63,152 bases of DNA, filler included, from Octopus bimaculoides (GCF_001194135.2; 6 parts of 6 records of this genome joined end to end with filler, not necessarily neighbours in it); one strand, 5' to 3'. Numbered from the whole stretch's first letter, positions 27,622 through 40,197 are shown. Numbers and translations are program-made. Notes: a model not told the origin generated them from the sequence alone.

Positions 27622-27838
27622 CTGTATTCACCTGAAGAAAAGGTCTTTTTTTATCCTGCATGATGTAACACTTCTGTTTATCAATAAATACAAAAGAAAA
27701 CACGTCTGAAACAGATGTAGTAAACCATAATCCATCTATTGTTATTGTTTGTCCTTCACCTGACTCGAAACCTGCAATTCGTTTGGATCTAGAGTTTTTA
27801 GGTGCAATGGGTGCAATAGGTGCAATGAGTGTAGCCAT
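27622..27838 (-). CDS. Candidate first coding exon of an unidentified minus-strand gene (72 codons + 1 nt)
   Basis: MATLIAPIAPIAPKNSRSKR...RPFLQVNT then ACAG|GTAAGA donor; non-repeat sequence; ATGGCG/CTTCCG and AGGTCAGGTCA motifs ~120-145 bp upstream. Confidence 0.3.
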
Positions 27839-28079
27839 GTGTGACCTTGATGATTCGTTGTGAATTCAGTCAGCCATTTGTGAATGTACGCACAACCGGA
27901 ATACAAATCCATGTTTACTTTAGTGAGTACGTATTTGTCCTTAAATATTGTTCGTACACGGAAGCGCCATCACTGACCTGACCTTGGTACTTTTACTATT
28001 TAAGTACTTGATTCTCTTGAATCCTGGAAATTTTGTGTGTGTATGTGTGTGCATGCACATATATACATAGCCTTGTGTA

Positions 28080-28120
<41 letters not shown>

Positions 28121-28130
28121 NNNNNNNNNN

Positions 28131-28165
<35 letters not shown>

Positions 28166-29453
28166 GTATAGGTGTGAAGAATGTAGCGACATTATTCTTT
28201 ATATTAGCATTCAAGAACCAAATCTCAATAGATTTTATCAAACGAAGAATGTAATAAGAATAACTTATGTGTGTGTGCTTGTGTGTACGTAACGATCGGG
28301 ATATGCATAAACTGAGAGTTATTAACTTTAACAAATGAAGGTGGGAAGAAATAAAAAAGGGGAAAAAGGAAACATAACAGAAAAAAAGAATATGGAACAT
28401 TGATGATAAACACAAAGTTGCAAATTGTCAAAAGAATAGAACACCATGTGACTAACGGTAACCTATGTCACGAGGTCAAAACAGCATGTATGCATCAAAC
28501 CCATATTTCTGTGACTTCAATAAGACAGAAACGGAAAACCTACCGAAGCCTATAGGAATTCGCCATTAACGAGGCGTCAAACAGATGCTGGGGAATTGTA
28601 TCGGTGACGACCGGGTCGCAGTGATGCAGCAGAAACCGTCACACCTCAAGGAATCGATGAAACACGAATTTAACTCTGCCATGATGTAATTACTCCTCTC
28701 TCTCTCACTCTCTTCCTCTTTCTCTCTCTCACTTTTTCGCTCTCTTGCTCCTTCTTTCTCTCTCTCGTTCTCTCTCTCCCCCTCTCTACCTCTGTATTCA
28801 TTTTTTAATTCTTTTACTTGTTTCAGACATTTAACTACGGCTTTAAACGGTTTTAGTCGAAATCAACCCCAGGACATAATTCGTTGTAAGCCTAGTACTT
28901 ATTGTATCGAGCTCCTTTGCCAAACCACTATGTTACAGGGATATAAACACACCAGCATCGGTCGTCAAGCGATGGTGGAAGAACAAACACAGACACACAC
29001 ACACANNNNNNNNNNNNNNNNNNNNNNNNNNNNNNNNNNNNNNNNNNNNTTAATTAATTAANNNNNNNNNNNNNNNNNNNNNNNNNNNNNNNNNNNNNNN
29101 NNNNNATAAAAAGGATATTTACATTTTCTAATACTCAGGGAAAAGATCCGTATTCACAGAAGTTGTAGGTATTAAAGTTTTTAAAGATGATCATTTCTGT
29201 GTTCGAAAACTGCAGATATGTAAGTTTATAAAATATTTTGAGGGAAATTTAAAATACTCACAGGAAATTGTAGATATTCCAGTCTTTGAGAGTTATTTTT
29301 CAGTTGTCTTGGCTTGTATTATTGTGACTGGTCAGAGCAGCGAAGAACACGTCCAATCGCTGTCAAGGCTGGCGCTCTTCTTGTTCTTGTTCTTTTTCTT
29401 CTTCTTTTCTTCTTCTTCTTTTTCTTTTCTTCTTCTTCTTCTTCTTCTTTTTC

Positions 29454-29503
<50 letters not shown>

Positions 29504-29504
29504 T

Positions 29505-30927
29505 CATTCTTTTTGCTTTGTATTTGTACAAGTTGACTCCAAGTCTCGCCCAGAGAACTCAAGAGACAACAAGTTAGGAGTTCGTGTTGGTGTAATGACT
29601 AGGGTGCCATATATTTGGTTTGGCACAAAGTATTGTTCTAGCGAATGTTTGAGAAAACATTAAAAAATTATGTTTGTTTTAAAATTTGAGATTACATAGA
29701 CAGTATTTTACGTAGGATATGGGCAGTTCCCATCAGCACTATTTTAAAAATTTCTGCCATTTTTTAATTTCCTGATATCTGAGCTTGGTAGCCATCAGTC
29801 CCTCGGGCACAACAGGTATTGTTTTAGGTTTGAGGTTCTACATTTTGCCAATTTCTATTTCAAGATCTGGTGGGAACACAAACCAGCTCAAGTGCTTGAA
29901 AATGACATCTCACTCGTCTGGAACTTCACCGTTCAAACTGACAGAAAAATAGATGCGAATAGGCCAGTATATTGAAGGACTTTATATTTCAAGATCTTTA
30001 TACTTGCTCAGTTTTTGGTAGGTCTTGACAAATATATTTATGTCGATTGGGACAGTCATATCGATGAGGAGGCATGGTTTTTGTCTAAAGTCTTTCAGTA
30101 TAATGTCTGTCCTATTCGCATCTAGCTTTCTGTCAGTTTGAACAATGAAGTTACAGACGAGTGAAATGTCATGGAGACAAAATTATCAATGGTTTCATTT
30201 TGTTGTTTACATACATATAGTGGGCTATTGCCGTTCTTTTATATGTTGGCCTGGTAGCTCCTTGTAGGTATGCATTGATCTTGGGCTGCTATGATAAACC
30301 CTTCTGTCTCTGGTTTTAAGCCAGAAGACATTAACCATTCATGGATAAGGGCATTGTCAACATCGGTATTATTAGCTCTCTCTCGGTATTTGCCATTGAG
30401 AGATTTTTCTTGCCATTTATTAGTAAGAATATCTAATGCAGCAGTTTTAGCACGAGTTTTCAAGCGCTTAGCTTTTTCTGCGGGTGTTTCTAGTTCGTCT
30501 AATTCTTGAATTTGTTGTAATTGGAATTCATTTAGATATTCCTTTGCCTGTTTTGTTACTGAGTAAGATGCTTTCTTGCTTTCATGTTTTGAGACAAGTT
30601 TTAGCATCCAGTTCTCAGAGTTTTTCAGATAGGTGTCTAGGCCAATTGTGGCTACCTTCATTGTTAATGCCAGCTGTAGAAGTCCACGGCCTCCCTCTTT
30701 TCTTGGCAGATAAAGACGTTCTATATCTGCCTTAGGGTGGTGCATTCTATGCATTGTCAACAGTTTTCGTATTTTTCTGTCAAGATTACATATTTCAGTA
30801 ATTAACCAGTTAACGATATTGAAACTGTAAGTCACCACTGGTATGGCTAGAGCATTGATCGCTTCAATCCTGTTTCTTGCGTTTAGCTCTGTCTTCAGTA
30901 TTGCTCTCACCCTGCGATAACATTCTC

Positions 30928-30928
<1 letters not shown>
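29505..30928 (-). mobile_element. 5'-truncated R4/Dong-like LINE flanked by (TAA)n tracts
   Basis: RT C-terminal region (AIPVVTYSF, RLYLPRKEGGRGL, ETEGFIIAAQDQ) and RLE (TDRKLDANRTDIILKD, KLSKYKDL, GTAHILRK); (ATT)n on both sides. Confidence 0.9.
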
Positions 30929-31006
<78 letters not shown>

Positions 31007-31059
31007 CATCATTATCATCATTATTATTATTATGTGATTAAAACTCACTACTTATTTTA

Positions 31060-34000
31060 CTGGCTATGATGGAAAGTGTCAGCTGTCCACAGCCAGCAGA
31101 CTAAGGTGACACTTTTTACTGGTCATGCTTCAAGGACCCTACGAAGAACTCTTACAGTTCCAAGCAATGCTGATTTTGTAGGTGTTCTACCTTCACACTT
31201 GCACCGATCTTTTTCAGCCATGTTGATAGCTGAGTGCTGATACTTCCAAGTGCATCAATTACTATCGGTATCACGTCTACTCTCCTCATTGACCACAACC
31301 TTCGTATTTCCCACTTCAAATCGTCATAGTTGTTTATTTTTTCTCCTTTCACATTGATCCTGTTGTCACCAGGGCTTGCTATGTCGATGATCATGTATGT
31401 TCTTTCTTTTTTTTATTCACCACAACAATATCCGGTTTCCCATGATCGCTCTGGATCATTGCATCCTATACGATTTTGCAATTCTCATTCTTGGTGACCC
31501 CTTATGGGGTTTTCTCATACCACATCTTTGCTCTTTGTTGGCCATGGTTTCCACAGAACTCCCAATAGATCATTCTTGCCACATTGTCATGACGTCGTTT
31601 GTATTCGCGTTGTACCAATTTCAGGCATTCGCTAACGATGTGCCATACCGTTTCACCCCTCTCACCACATTCTGCATTTGTTGCTGTCGGTAGTGTTGTC
31701 TACTCTGTACTTAACATAGTTGGTCCTGATCAAACTTCTCCCACCCTTTCTTCTGGACAAATACAGCCTATCGGTGTAACTCTTAGGGTGGAATGCTCCG
31801 TGTATTGTCAGCATTTTTTCTGGTCTTGGTATCCATTTTCATCACTTCTCTCTTTTGCCATTTTATAATTCCCGCTCCATACTAAAGTGATGCTATTGCC
31901 CACGTATTAACTGCTTGGATTTTATTCCATCCAGTCAATTTTGAGCGCAACACCAACCTTAGTCTTCAGAAATACTCCATCTTCAGTTGCTCTTTCATTT
32001 CTTTTTCCATTATCTCGTTGAACTCTAGTACACAAAGATATTTGTAGCCTTCCGTTTCAATTTGTTTAATCAAGTCTCTATTCGGTAATTCTATCCCTGC
32101 TAGGGACTGTACATAACCTCTTTTTTAAGTAGATTATTCCGAACTTCTTACGTGCAAATTCCATTCCAATATCAGTACTAAAACAGTGGACCATATTCAC
32201 CAAGGAGCTTACTCGTGTCTCATCCTTGCCATACAGATTCAAATTATCCCTGGAGGGGATGTGGTTGATCGTTTGGGTTTTCCCTTTAGTTGGAACCCCA
32301 GGTTCATTTTCCTAAGTACCAAGGTCAAAGGTATCTCGCAGAGAGTAAAATGCAACGGGGATAAGCTATCACGCTGAAAAATCCCTCTTCTGACACCTAG
32401 GGTGCCTAAGCTTTTTCCGTATGATATCAGTTCAGTTTTCCACTCCACCATACAGGAAATACATTACATTCCTCAAATTCCAAACAGATCTAAGCACTGG
32501 ATGATCCACGATTGTGGAATTATATCATAAGCTTTGCGACAGTCAATCCAGGCCATTCTCAAAAGTGTTCTCCTTCGTTTACAATCTTGCGTTACCATTT
32601 TGTGTATCAATAATTGATCTTGGTACCTCTGAATCTCCTTCCACGGCCTTTTTGTTCTCATCAAGTAATCTATATAATTCTTCTGCAATTCCTCCTGACA
32701 GTAACTTCTACATTAATGGGAAGCAAGAAATTGGTCTGTAGTTGTCAGCAGCATTTCTCTTTGATGCATCCTTTAGACACAACACCATTCGTCTTTTTTG
32801 TCAACCAGCCCGAGATTTCTTCTTTTCAATTTATGGCAACTACTGAACTTTTTTTTATCCTGTACACCATCAGGTCCTGCTGCTGCTTTCCAACTGCTTA
32901 TCTTTTTACTCATATTTCTAATACTGTCTTCTGTGAAGTGGATAGCCTCTTATTGGGGATAATAAGCTGTTTGCTTCAGGCTGCAGAGCTATTCAGAGCT
33001 ATTATGCTTTCTTGCTTACTCCATATCTTACCCCAGAAAAGTCGACTTTCATCAGTATCACGTTTTTTTTTATCATCATTAATCTCTTGATTAAACCTTT
33101 TTGTGTCAGTTCTAAACAATTTGTTTTGCTGTTATTGCTTCAAGCCTAGTTAACTTCACTTTCTTTGCAAGTATGCGATGCCTCAATTCTTCATTTACAA
33201 TATTCAGGCCTTTTGTATCTACACCATATTTCTTCCTAACTTTTTCCAGTTTCCATTCGTTCTTAAGTTCTCCATTTCCTTTTCTGACAAATATTCTTTT
33301 CTGCTCAAGACACAAGGCACGAAATTTGGTGGGAGGGGGCTTGTCGATTAGATCGACCACTGTACGCAACTAGTACTTAATCTATCGACCCTGAAAGATT
33401 GAAAGGCAAAGTCGATCGCGGCGGAATTTGAACTCAGAACGTAAAGACAGACGAAATACTGTTAAGCATTTCACCCGGCGTGCTAACGTTTCTGTCAGCT
33501 CGCCGCCTTTTCCTCTGACAAATGTTCTTTTCTACTCTAGGCACAAGGCCCGAAATTTTGGGGGAGGGGGCCAGTCGATTAGATCGACCCCAGTGCTAAC
33601 CTTTCTTATTTCTTTACTGTCCACAAGGGGCTACACACAGAGGGGACAAACAAGAACAGACAAACGGATTAAGTCGATTATATCGACCGCAGTGCGTAAC
33701 TGCTACTTATTTAATCGACCCCGAAAGGATGAAAGGCAAAGTCGAATTTGAACCCAGAACGTTGCAGCAGACGAAATACCGCTAAGCATTTCGCCCAGCG
33801 TGCTAATGTTTCTGCCAGCTCGCCGCCCTTTTCCCTGACAAAGGAGTTTATATCTTCTGAAATTCTCCTTTTCAACAAAGGTTGTTTATTTTTCCTCTAT
33901 CCATCGCTGTTCTATTCTCAGTAGTTCTCAATCCCATCATTTCCGCCACAATCCTACTAGCGGCCTTGATAAAATTATGTTTGTGTGATGTTCTTTGTTT

Positions 34001-34520
34001 CAATGTGCCTCCGTACCATTATTGACTTTACTCGTCTCTTGATTTAGTCTCCATTGATTAGCCTTCTTAAAGTCGTACATAAATTTTGTCCCTTCTGTAT
34101 TTAATAAATCCAAAATCCTGTCAATTATTAATCGATCTTCATTGTTTGAGTAGTCATTGATCTCAATTCTTTCACAATTCACAGTAGTATATTCTTGCGA
34201 ACAATTGTCTTCTTCTACTGTACCACTTTCGTTTTTCACATGCCCAGCATCACCCGATATTCGTTTGATAGCTTCTAGCTCCAATTCTGCTAACCATCCA
34301 TTCTTTCATATTGCTCCTACTTGGTCACATAATCTCTGGTCAATAATTTCAAACAGATCCATTGCCTTCCATGAACTGTGCATTCGTTTTCTGTACTCTC
34401 AGACAGGCACACCATTCGTGTCCACTGTAATAACACTCCATAACCATAGCGCCCCAGTAGTAACACTCCATAACCATCATGCTTACTTGTTTACTCCACT
34501 TATGTCTTGTAGCATGGCTA
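31060..34520 (-). mobile_element. Degraded, near full-length R4/Dong-like LINE (second subfamily)
   Basis: N-terminal region (LELEAIKR), RT motifs (MAWIDCRKAYD, RGIFQRDSLSPLHF) and RLE (IIDIASPGD, WEIRRLW, VIPIVIDALG); frameshifts, stops and SINE insertions. Confidence 0.85.
33292..33828 (-). mobile_element. Two tandem family A SINEs inserted in the R4-like LINE
   Basis: Two GGCGGCGAGCTG...GAGTTCAAATT units bounded by three copies of TTTCC(T)CTGACAAA. Confidence 0.85.
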
Positions 34521-34632
34521 GCAGTTGCTGGANNNNNNNNNNNNNNNNNNNNNNNNNNNNNNNNNNNNNNNNNNNNNNNNNNNNNNNNNNNNNNNNNNNN
34601 NNNNNNNNNNNNNNNNNNNNNNNNNNNNNNNN

Positions 34633-34682
<50 letters not shown>

Positions 34683-34789
34683 CTACGTAAATGATTTCCG
34701 CTTTCTTAATTTTCATAAAGGATTCTATTCTAGCTTATTTTAGGCAAATTTGCAATATATAAGAGCAATATATATATGATGTAAGACCG

Positions 34790-35700
34790 AAAATGTAGTT
34801 TACCAATGCGACGTACACATAAACGGCCATATTAGATCTTACATTGGCGCTACGAAAAACCAAATACACCTCATATACAATGAGCACCAATCTAGCTTTA
34901 GAAATAGAAAAAAAGGCAAATTCAACAGGACTTAGTAGCTATATCTGGGAATTAAAGGACAATAAGATAGAATATAAACTAAAGTGGCATATACTAAAAG
35001 CAGCAAATTCTTACAACCCAACTAACAGATGCTGTGACCTCTGTCTAACTGAACGCCTGAAAATCCTAACGGCTAGAAAGCATCTCTTAAATAAAAGATA
35101 TGGAATTAACTGAATTTGTTTACACACTACAAAATATTCATTTTCTAAGTATAATTAAATATGTAATACATTCCACTTTCTAAGTATAACTAAATATGTA
35201 AAAAAGAATTTTCCTTTTCTAAGTATAATCAATTATAATTAAATATTAATAAGGTCAGAGTTAGCACCCTCTTCACCAAAACTTAGAGTTACTCCCCTTT
35301 ACTAACACCGCCAGTGCTAAAAGTAAAAGACACACGCCTGAATTCTAAAAAACAACCACGTGCAAAATGCGTCTGATTAAGATTGGAACTACGAGCTGGA
35401 ACAACACCCACCCTACCTCTCCTTTGCAGAAAGACTATTAACACAACTTCAACTAAAATGTAAGACTAACTTTTACCTAACTCTAACCACTATATGCATT
35501 ACTATATTCACTAACTGTTTCTCCTGCATCTCTCACACCATGAACTGTAACATACTTCTCAACATTCTGAAGAGATCTGCCAAACCATTTGGCACATTGA
35601 AACGATCGTAAATGACTCATTATATAATCTCCAGATAATTAAATCAATGGCTAACTAGCCCAATTGACTTGCTTCTTCTTGAGTTTGTTTCTCCATTCTC
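34790..35700 (+). mobile_element. Penelope-like element 3' fragment (GIY-YIG endonuclease and 3' region)
   Basis: ENVVYQC...YIGAT, STGLSSYIWELKD, CDLCLTE.LKIL...LLNKR motifs; hammerhead motif downstream. Confidence 0.8.
35563..35614 (+). ncRNA. Minimal type I hammerhead ribozyme
   Basis: CATT-CTGAAGA-GATCTGCCAAACCATTTGGCACATT-GAAA-CGATCG-TA-AATG: intact core, 4-bp helix I, 10-bp helix II with one C:C mismatch, 2-bp helix III with palindromic GAUC loop, GUA site. Confidence 0.8.
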
Positions 35701-35704
35701 CACA

Positions 35705-35765
<61 letters not shown>

Positions 35766-36199
35766 CTCTTATATGTTGCAAGTTTACCTAAAATAAGCTA
35801 GAATAGAATCCTTTATGAAAATTAAGAAAGTGGAATTCATTTACGTAAACAGAATATTGAATCTGGTTATAGAAATTCAACGGCGAGTGCATTATATCAG
35901 TGAATCATTTACACTTGCAAACAAAATGATGCCATGACAGATATACACTGAACAGAAACATTATACATATGAAGTGTTTGAAGAGCTTTTAGCAAATAAA
36001 ACTTTTATGCTATATCTTGTCTTAGAATCTAACAGTACGAAACTTTAGAATTATAATGATCGTTCGAATCTGATGAAGTTTATGTCCCACGAATTTAATG
36101 CAATAAAGTTAAAGATATGTTTTTTGAAGAAATCGCCTAATCTCAACAAGTTTCAAACATGTACAAATCGAGTATATCTCCAATTATTACGAATAATAA

Positions 36200-37010
36200 G
36201 TTTAAAGAATATTTAATTAATGTGGAAAATATGTTGGCGACAATCATGCCTCTCCCTCCCCAAAATAAACGAAATGCAGTGATGGAAAGGACAGAATGTA
36301 TAGCTTTAAGAATGCAAGGAAAACGTAAGAGAACACGATAGTGATTCTCCAAAATTTTGGCCAAGTAAAGGATGGTTTTAACAGTTAAAGAAAAAAATAA
36401 CCACCATAGCATAATCTTGAACCGACAGAAGAATTAGTTGCGTGAGTACATAAAAAACTGCCACAACATGTATTTAGACTTTTGAAGACATTATTAAAAA
36501 GGCAGTAGTCATATACTTGTCTCAAAGCTTAAGTCATGCAAGTGTAAGTTCATACCACAGTTTTAATATTGATGAAACTATCTTATTTTGAAAGAAAATA
36601 CCTGAAAGTACATACCTGTTGAAAAGAAAATGCATTTGAGAATGCAAGTAGTGGCAGTCCTTCTAAGGGTGGATTGGCACTACTGGTGATAATGTAGCTG
36701 TTGACTTCAAACGGAAGCCAATGTTAGTCTGTCACTCTGAAAATCCCAGAGCTTTGAAAGGGAATTCAAAATGTATGTTGCAAGTAATTTGGTAAGCAAA
36801 GAAAGCCTGAATTCTGTATGTTTTAATATTGGTTTACTATTCATTCTGTTCTAGCAGATAAAGAACGTTCTACAAGGAAACGTTTATCATTTAGACAACG
36901 ATATTGTAATCCGCCGTCTTTATTTTAAGATGTGGCATTTTTACCTCGAAATGCCACATAAGAAATTCAGCCAATCGACCAAGCAGTAATAATAACCATC
37001 AAAAGATAAT
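36200..37010 (+). mobile_element. Degraded Tigger/pogo DDE transposase remnant
   Basis: FNIDETILF.KKIPESTY and DFKRKPMLVCHSENPRALKG match pogo/Tigger motifs; multiple stops and frameshifts; boundaries approximate. Confidence 0.7.
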
Positions 37011-37230
37011 AATAGGTAAGCTCAAAGAAAAGGGCCTAACTTGATAGGTTACAATGTCTAGAATGCTTGAATGATATTGAAGTAACATGGTCTGAGATAA
37101 AAGATTCGACAATATAAGGCTTTTTAAGAAGACGATTATGCCAAGATTTAATACCAGATTTTAAAAGGAGTGGTAATGTCAATCTGTCTCTGTATGTATG
37201 TTTGTCTGATCTTTCTTTGAAATAGAGAGA

Positions 37231-37274
<44 letters not shown>

Positions 37275-37589
37275 GAGAAAGTGAGAGAGAGAGAGAGAGA
37301 ATTGGAAACAACCAGGAAGCGATGCATTGAAAAAGAGATGGAAGAGAGCGATGGTGATGACGCATGTACATTTATGTCACATCAAACTATATTTTCGTTA
37401 AGGCTCACTTTTACCTATTCGCTCAATCAGTCTTTCTTGGGCATAGTGGAATAAAGAGACAGAGAATATGACACACACCAACTGAGATAGAGAAAAAAGA
37501 GGAGATAGAACAAACGTGATGTTGGCGGTATTTGTAAAACATCAAAGTATTTTTTCTTCCTCTCCAGTGTATCTTTAATCTAACTTTCA

Positions 37590-38100
37590 GTGGGAATAGA
37601 ATCGAGTCTTGAATGAATTTTCTGAAATCCCTGTATATGTTTTATATTCTTGCGAGCCATCTACTTACACTTTGGCTCTATAAACAATAGCTTTTTCAAG
37701 ACATTTTCCTTCCAACGGACAGCAAGTCTCATCTTTGAAGTTGCAGTTCCTTAGATGATTAGATTCTTTGCTAATATAACATTGCTTTTCATTCAAGGCT
37801 CGATTCTGTTCCCATCGAAATTCTTTTCGATACCCAGAGAACAGGACAGCAACTAGTCTTGCAAAGCATGTCTGGGAATTGAAAGAGAATGACACCCGTC
37901 CTTTCAATGTAACCTGGAAAATTCTAGAAAAAGCATCAGCATACAGACATGGAACTTATAAAAGACCTATGAAAAGTAATCTTTGCCGCTCAGAAAAGTT
38001 CATCCCGTTCCAGGATAGAAATGCTTTGAACCAGAGACGCGAGCTCTTAAATTACTGCAGGCACGCCGCATAGTTTAAAATGTTAACCGACAAAATACCG
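37590..38100. mobile_element. Rearranged Penelope-like GIY-YIG fragment
   Basis: Minus strand CPLEGKCLEKAIVYRAKV...YTGISENSFKTRFYSH; plus strand SFKARFCSHRNSF...TSLAKHVWELKE...NQRRELLNYCRH. Confidence 0.8.
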
Positions 38101-38427
38101 TATGGGTAAAATGTTTTGACTTTCGGAATATATTTTTTGACTGTCGCATTTGAATTTGACTTTACATGGTATATTTATCGTGCATCCAACGCTAGTGTAT
38201 ATTTCGACTTCGTTTTTAAGAAAGCCTTCGACTATTTTCAAATTTAAGCTTATGCTTCGCCGAGGTTTATTTTTATTGATTACTCACGTATTTAATTATG
38301 TTATATCAAATGAATGTACAATTTCCTTATTTTTACATTTTAATATTATATACACCAGACAGTTTTAAAATTGTTTGCATATATACGTTATGGTGTAGAT
38401 ATGTTTCTATATATTTATGTGTATGTA

Positions 38428-39695
38428 CAGGGGTTGGACAAAATAATGGAAACACCTTAAAATTTCAAACAAATTTATTTTAATATTGGGGTAGGACCGC
38501 CTTTGGCAGTAATTACAGCTTGAATTCTACGAGGTATGGACTCGTACAAAGTTTGAATTGTTTCCGAAGGAATTTCTGTCCATTCTTCAGCTAAAACAGT
38601 CTCCAGTTCTTGTAGTGATGATAGTGGAGGATATCGACTCCTTACTTGTTTTTTCTAAAATGCACTATGAATGTTCTATAATATTTAGATCTGGGGACTG
38701 TGGTGGCCAGATAAGATGTTCAACTTCACTAGAATGTTCCTCGTGCCATTCAGTAAGAACTTTAGCTGTGTGAATTGGCGCATTATCATCCTGAAATATT
38801 GCGTTTCCATCCGGAAACAGTTCCACAACTATCGGATGAATTTGATCAGATAAAATGCTGAAATAGTCTTGCCGTGAAGGGAAACCATTGCGTCAGCGGA
38901 TATCCAAGATATAGCCCCCGCCCCAGATCAGCACAGATCCTCCTCCATGTTTAATAGTTGGAAGAAAGCAGTCTGGGTCAAATGATACTTTTAGCTGTCT
39001 CCACACGTATACTCAGCCAGTGGTCGGAAATAAGGTAAACGATGACTCGTCCGAAAAATTAACATTCTTCCACTGCTCTAGGGACCAATTCTGTAGGTTT
39101 TTTACTCCACTCTAAACGCTTTGCAACATTTGTTTTTGAAAGTAGAGCTTTTTCTGACTGCAGCCCTCCCGTGAAATCTGGCTCTGTGCAGCTCCAGGGG
39201 AATAGTTTTTGTGGAAAGTGAGTTCTCGATGTGGTTATTAAGCTCTTCAATAATTTTGGGAGCTGTACTTTTGTGATCCTTTTTAACAATTCTCGTAAGA
39301 GTCCGACGGTTCCTATCTGAAAGTTTTGGTTTTCTTCCGGAGTTTTGTTTCAACGAGGAGGATTTTCCCTCTTTCTCAAGGATTATCATTACTGTCGAGA
39401 CAGTACTTCTTGATATACCAAACATCTGGGCAGTTTTCGTTACGCTAGTGCTTGCCATACGAGCACCAACAATTTGACTTCTTTGAAAGTCCGAAAGATC
39501 TGCCATTTTAATGAATTTTGATTTACCTTTTTCTGATGAAATGAAACAGCAATTTTAGCAAAACATATTAAGGAACACTAATAATAAGTAAAAAAAAAAG
39601 AACATAAAAATAAACAAACCTTTGACGGTTTTATAGATATTTTAAAATTATGATGCTATGATGCTAGGTATTTCCATTATTTTGTCCAACCCCTG
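38428..39695 (-). mobile_element. Tc1-family DNA transposon, degraded transposase
   Basis: 30-bp TIRs CAGGGGTTGGACAAAATAATGGAAACACCT with one mismatch, TA on both sides; MADLSDFQRSQIVGARM...SGRKPKLS HTH region; frameshifted DDE region. Confidence 0.92.
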
Positions 39696-39779
39696 TATGA
39701 TTTGTAGATATGTATATGTATGCATATGCATGTGTGTGTGTGCGAATGCATATGTGTGTGTGTGTGCGAATGCATATGA

Positions 39780-39820
<41 letters not shown>

Positions 39821-39830
39821 NNNNNNNNNN

Positions 39831-39873
<43 letters not shown>

Positions 39874-40003
39874 GTATATGCATGTGTATGCATATGTGTA
39901 TGCATATGTGTGTATACTTTTATATATGTGAGCATGTATTTGCGCACATATTTTGTATATTTGTATGCGTGTCTATATGTGTATGTACATTTGTACTTAT
40001 GTA

Positions 40004-40197
40004 TTGGGTTGTCCGGAAAGTTCGTGCCGATTTATAGTAGCTTACCTTTCGACTTATTTTAGAACATGGTTGAGTCCATAAAATAGGATTTGACTACACC
40101 TCCATTTAGAGCACAGTTGATTAAAAATGTAATGGCAAGTATTTATTGACCTTTTTCTTTCCTTTAAAAATCGGCACGAACTTTCCGGACAACCCAA
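40004..40197. mobile_element. Mariner-type MITE (194 bp)
   Basis: Perfect TIRs TTGGGTTGTCCGGAAAGTTCGTGCCGATTT with TA flanks; no coding capacity. Confidence 0.9.

Larger units (their letters stand above)
34684..35847. repeat. ~94-bp inverted repeat enclosing the Penelope fragment (34684-34777 / 35754-35847)
   Basis: TACGTAAATGA...CTAGCTTATTTTAGG...AAGAGCAATATATATA is reverse-complementary to the right arm with about 5 mismatches. Confidence 0.85.
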
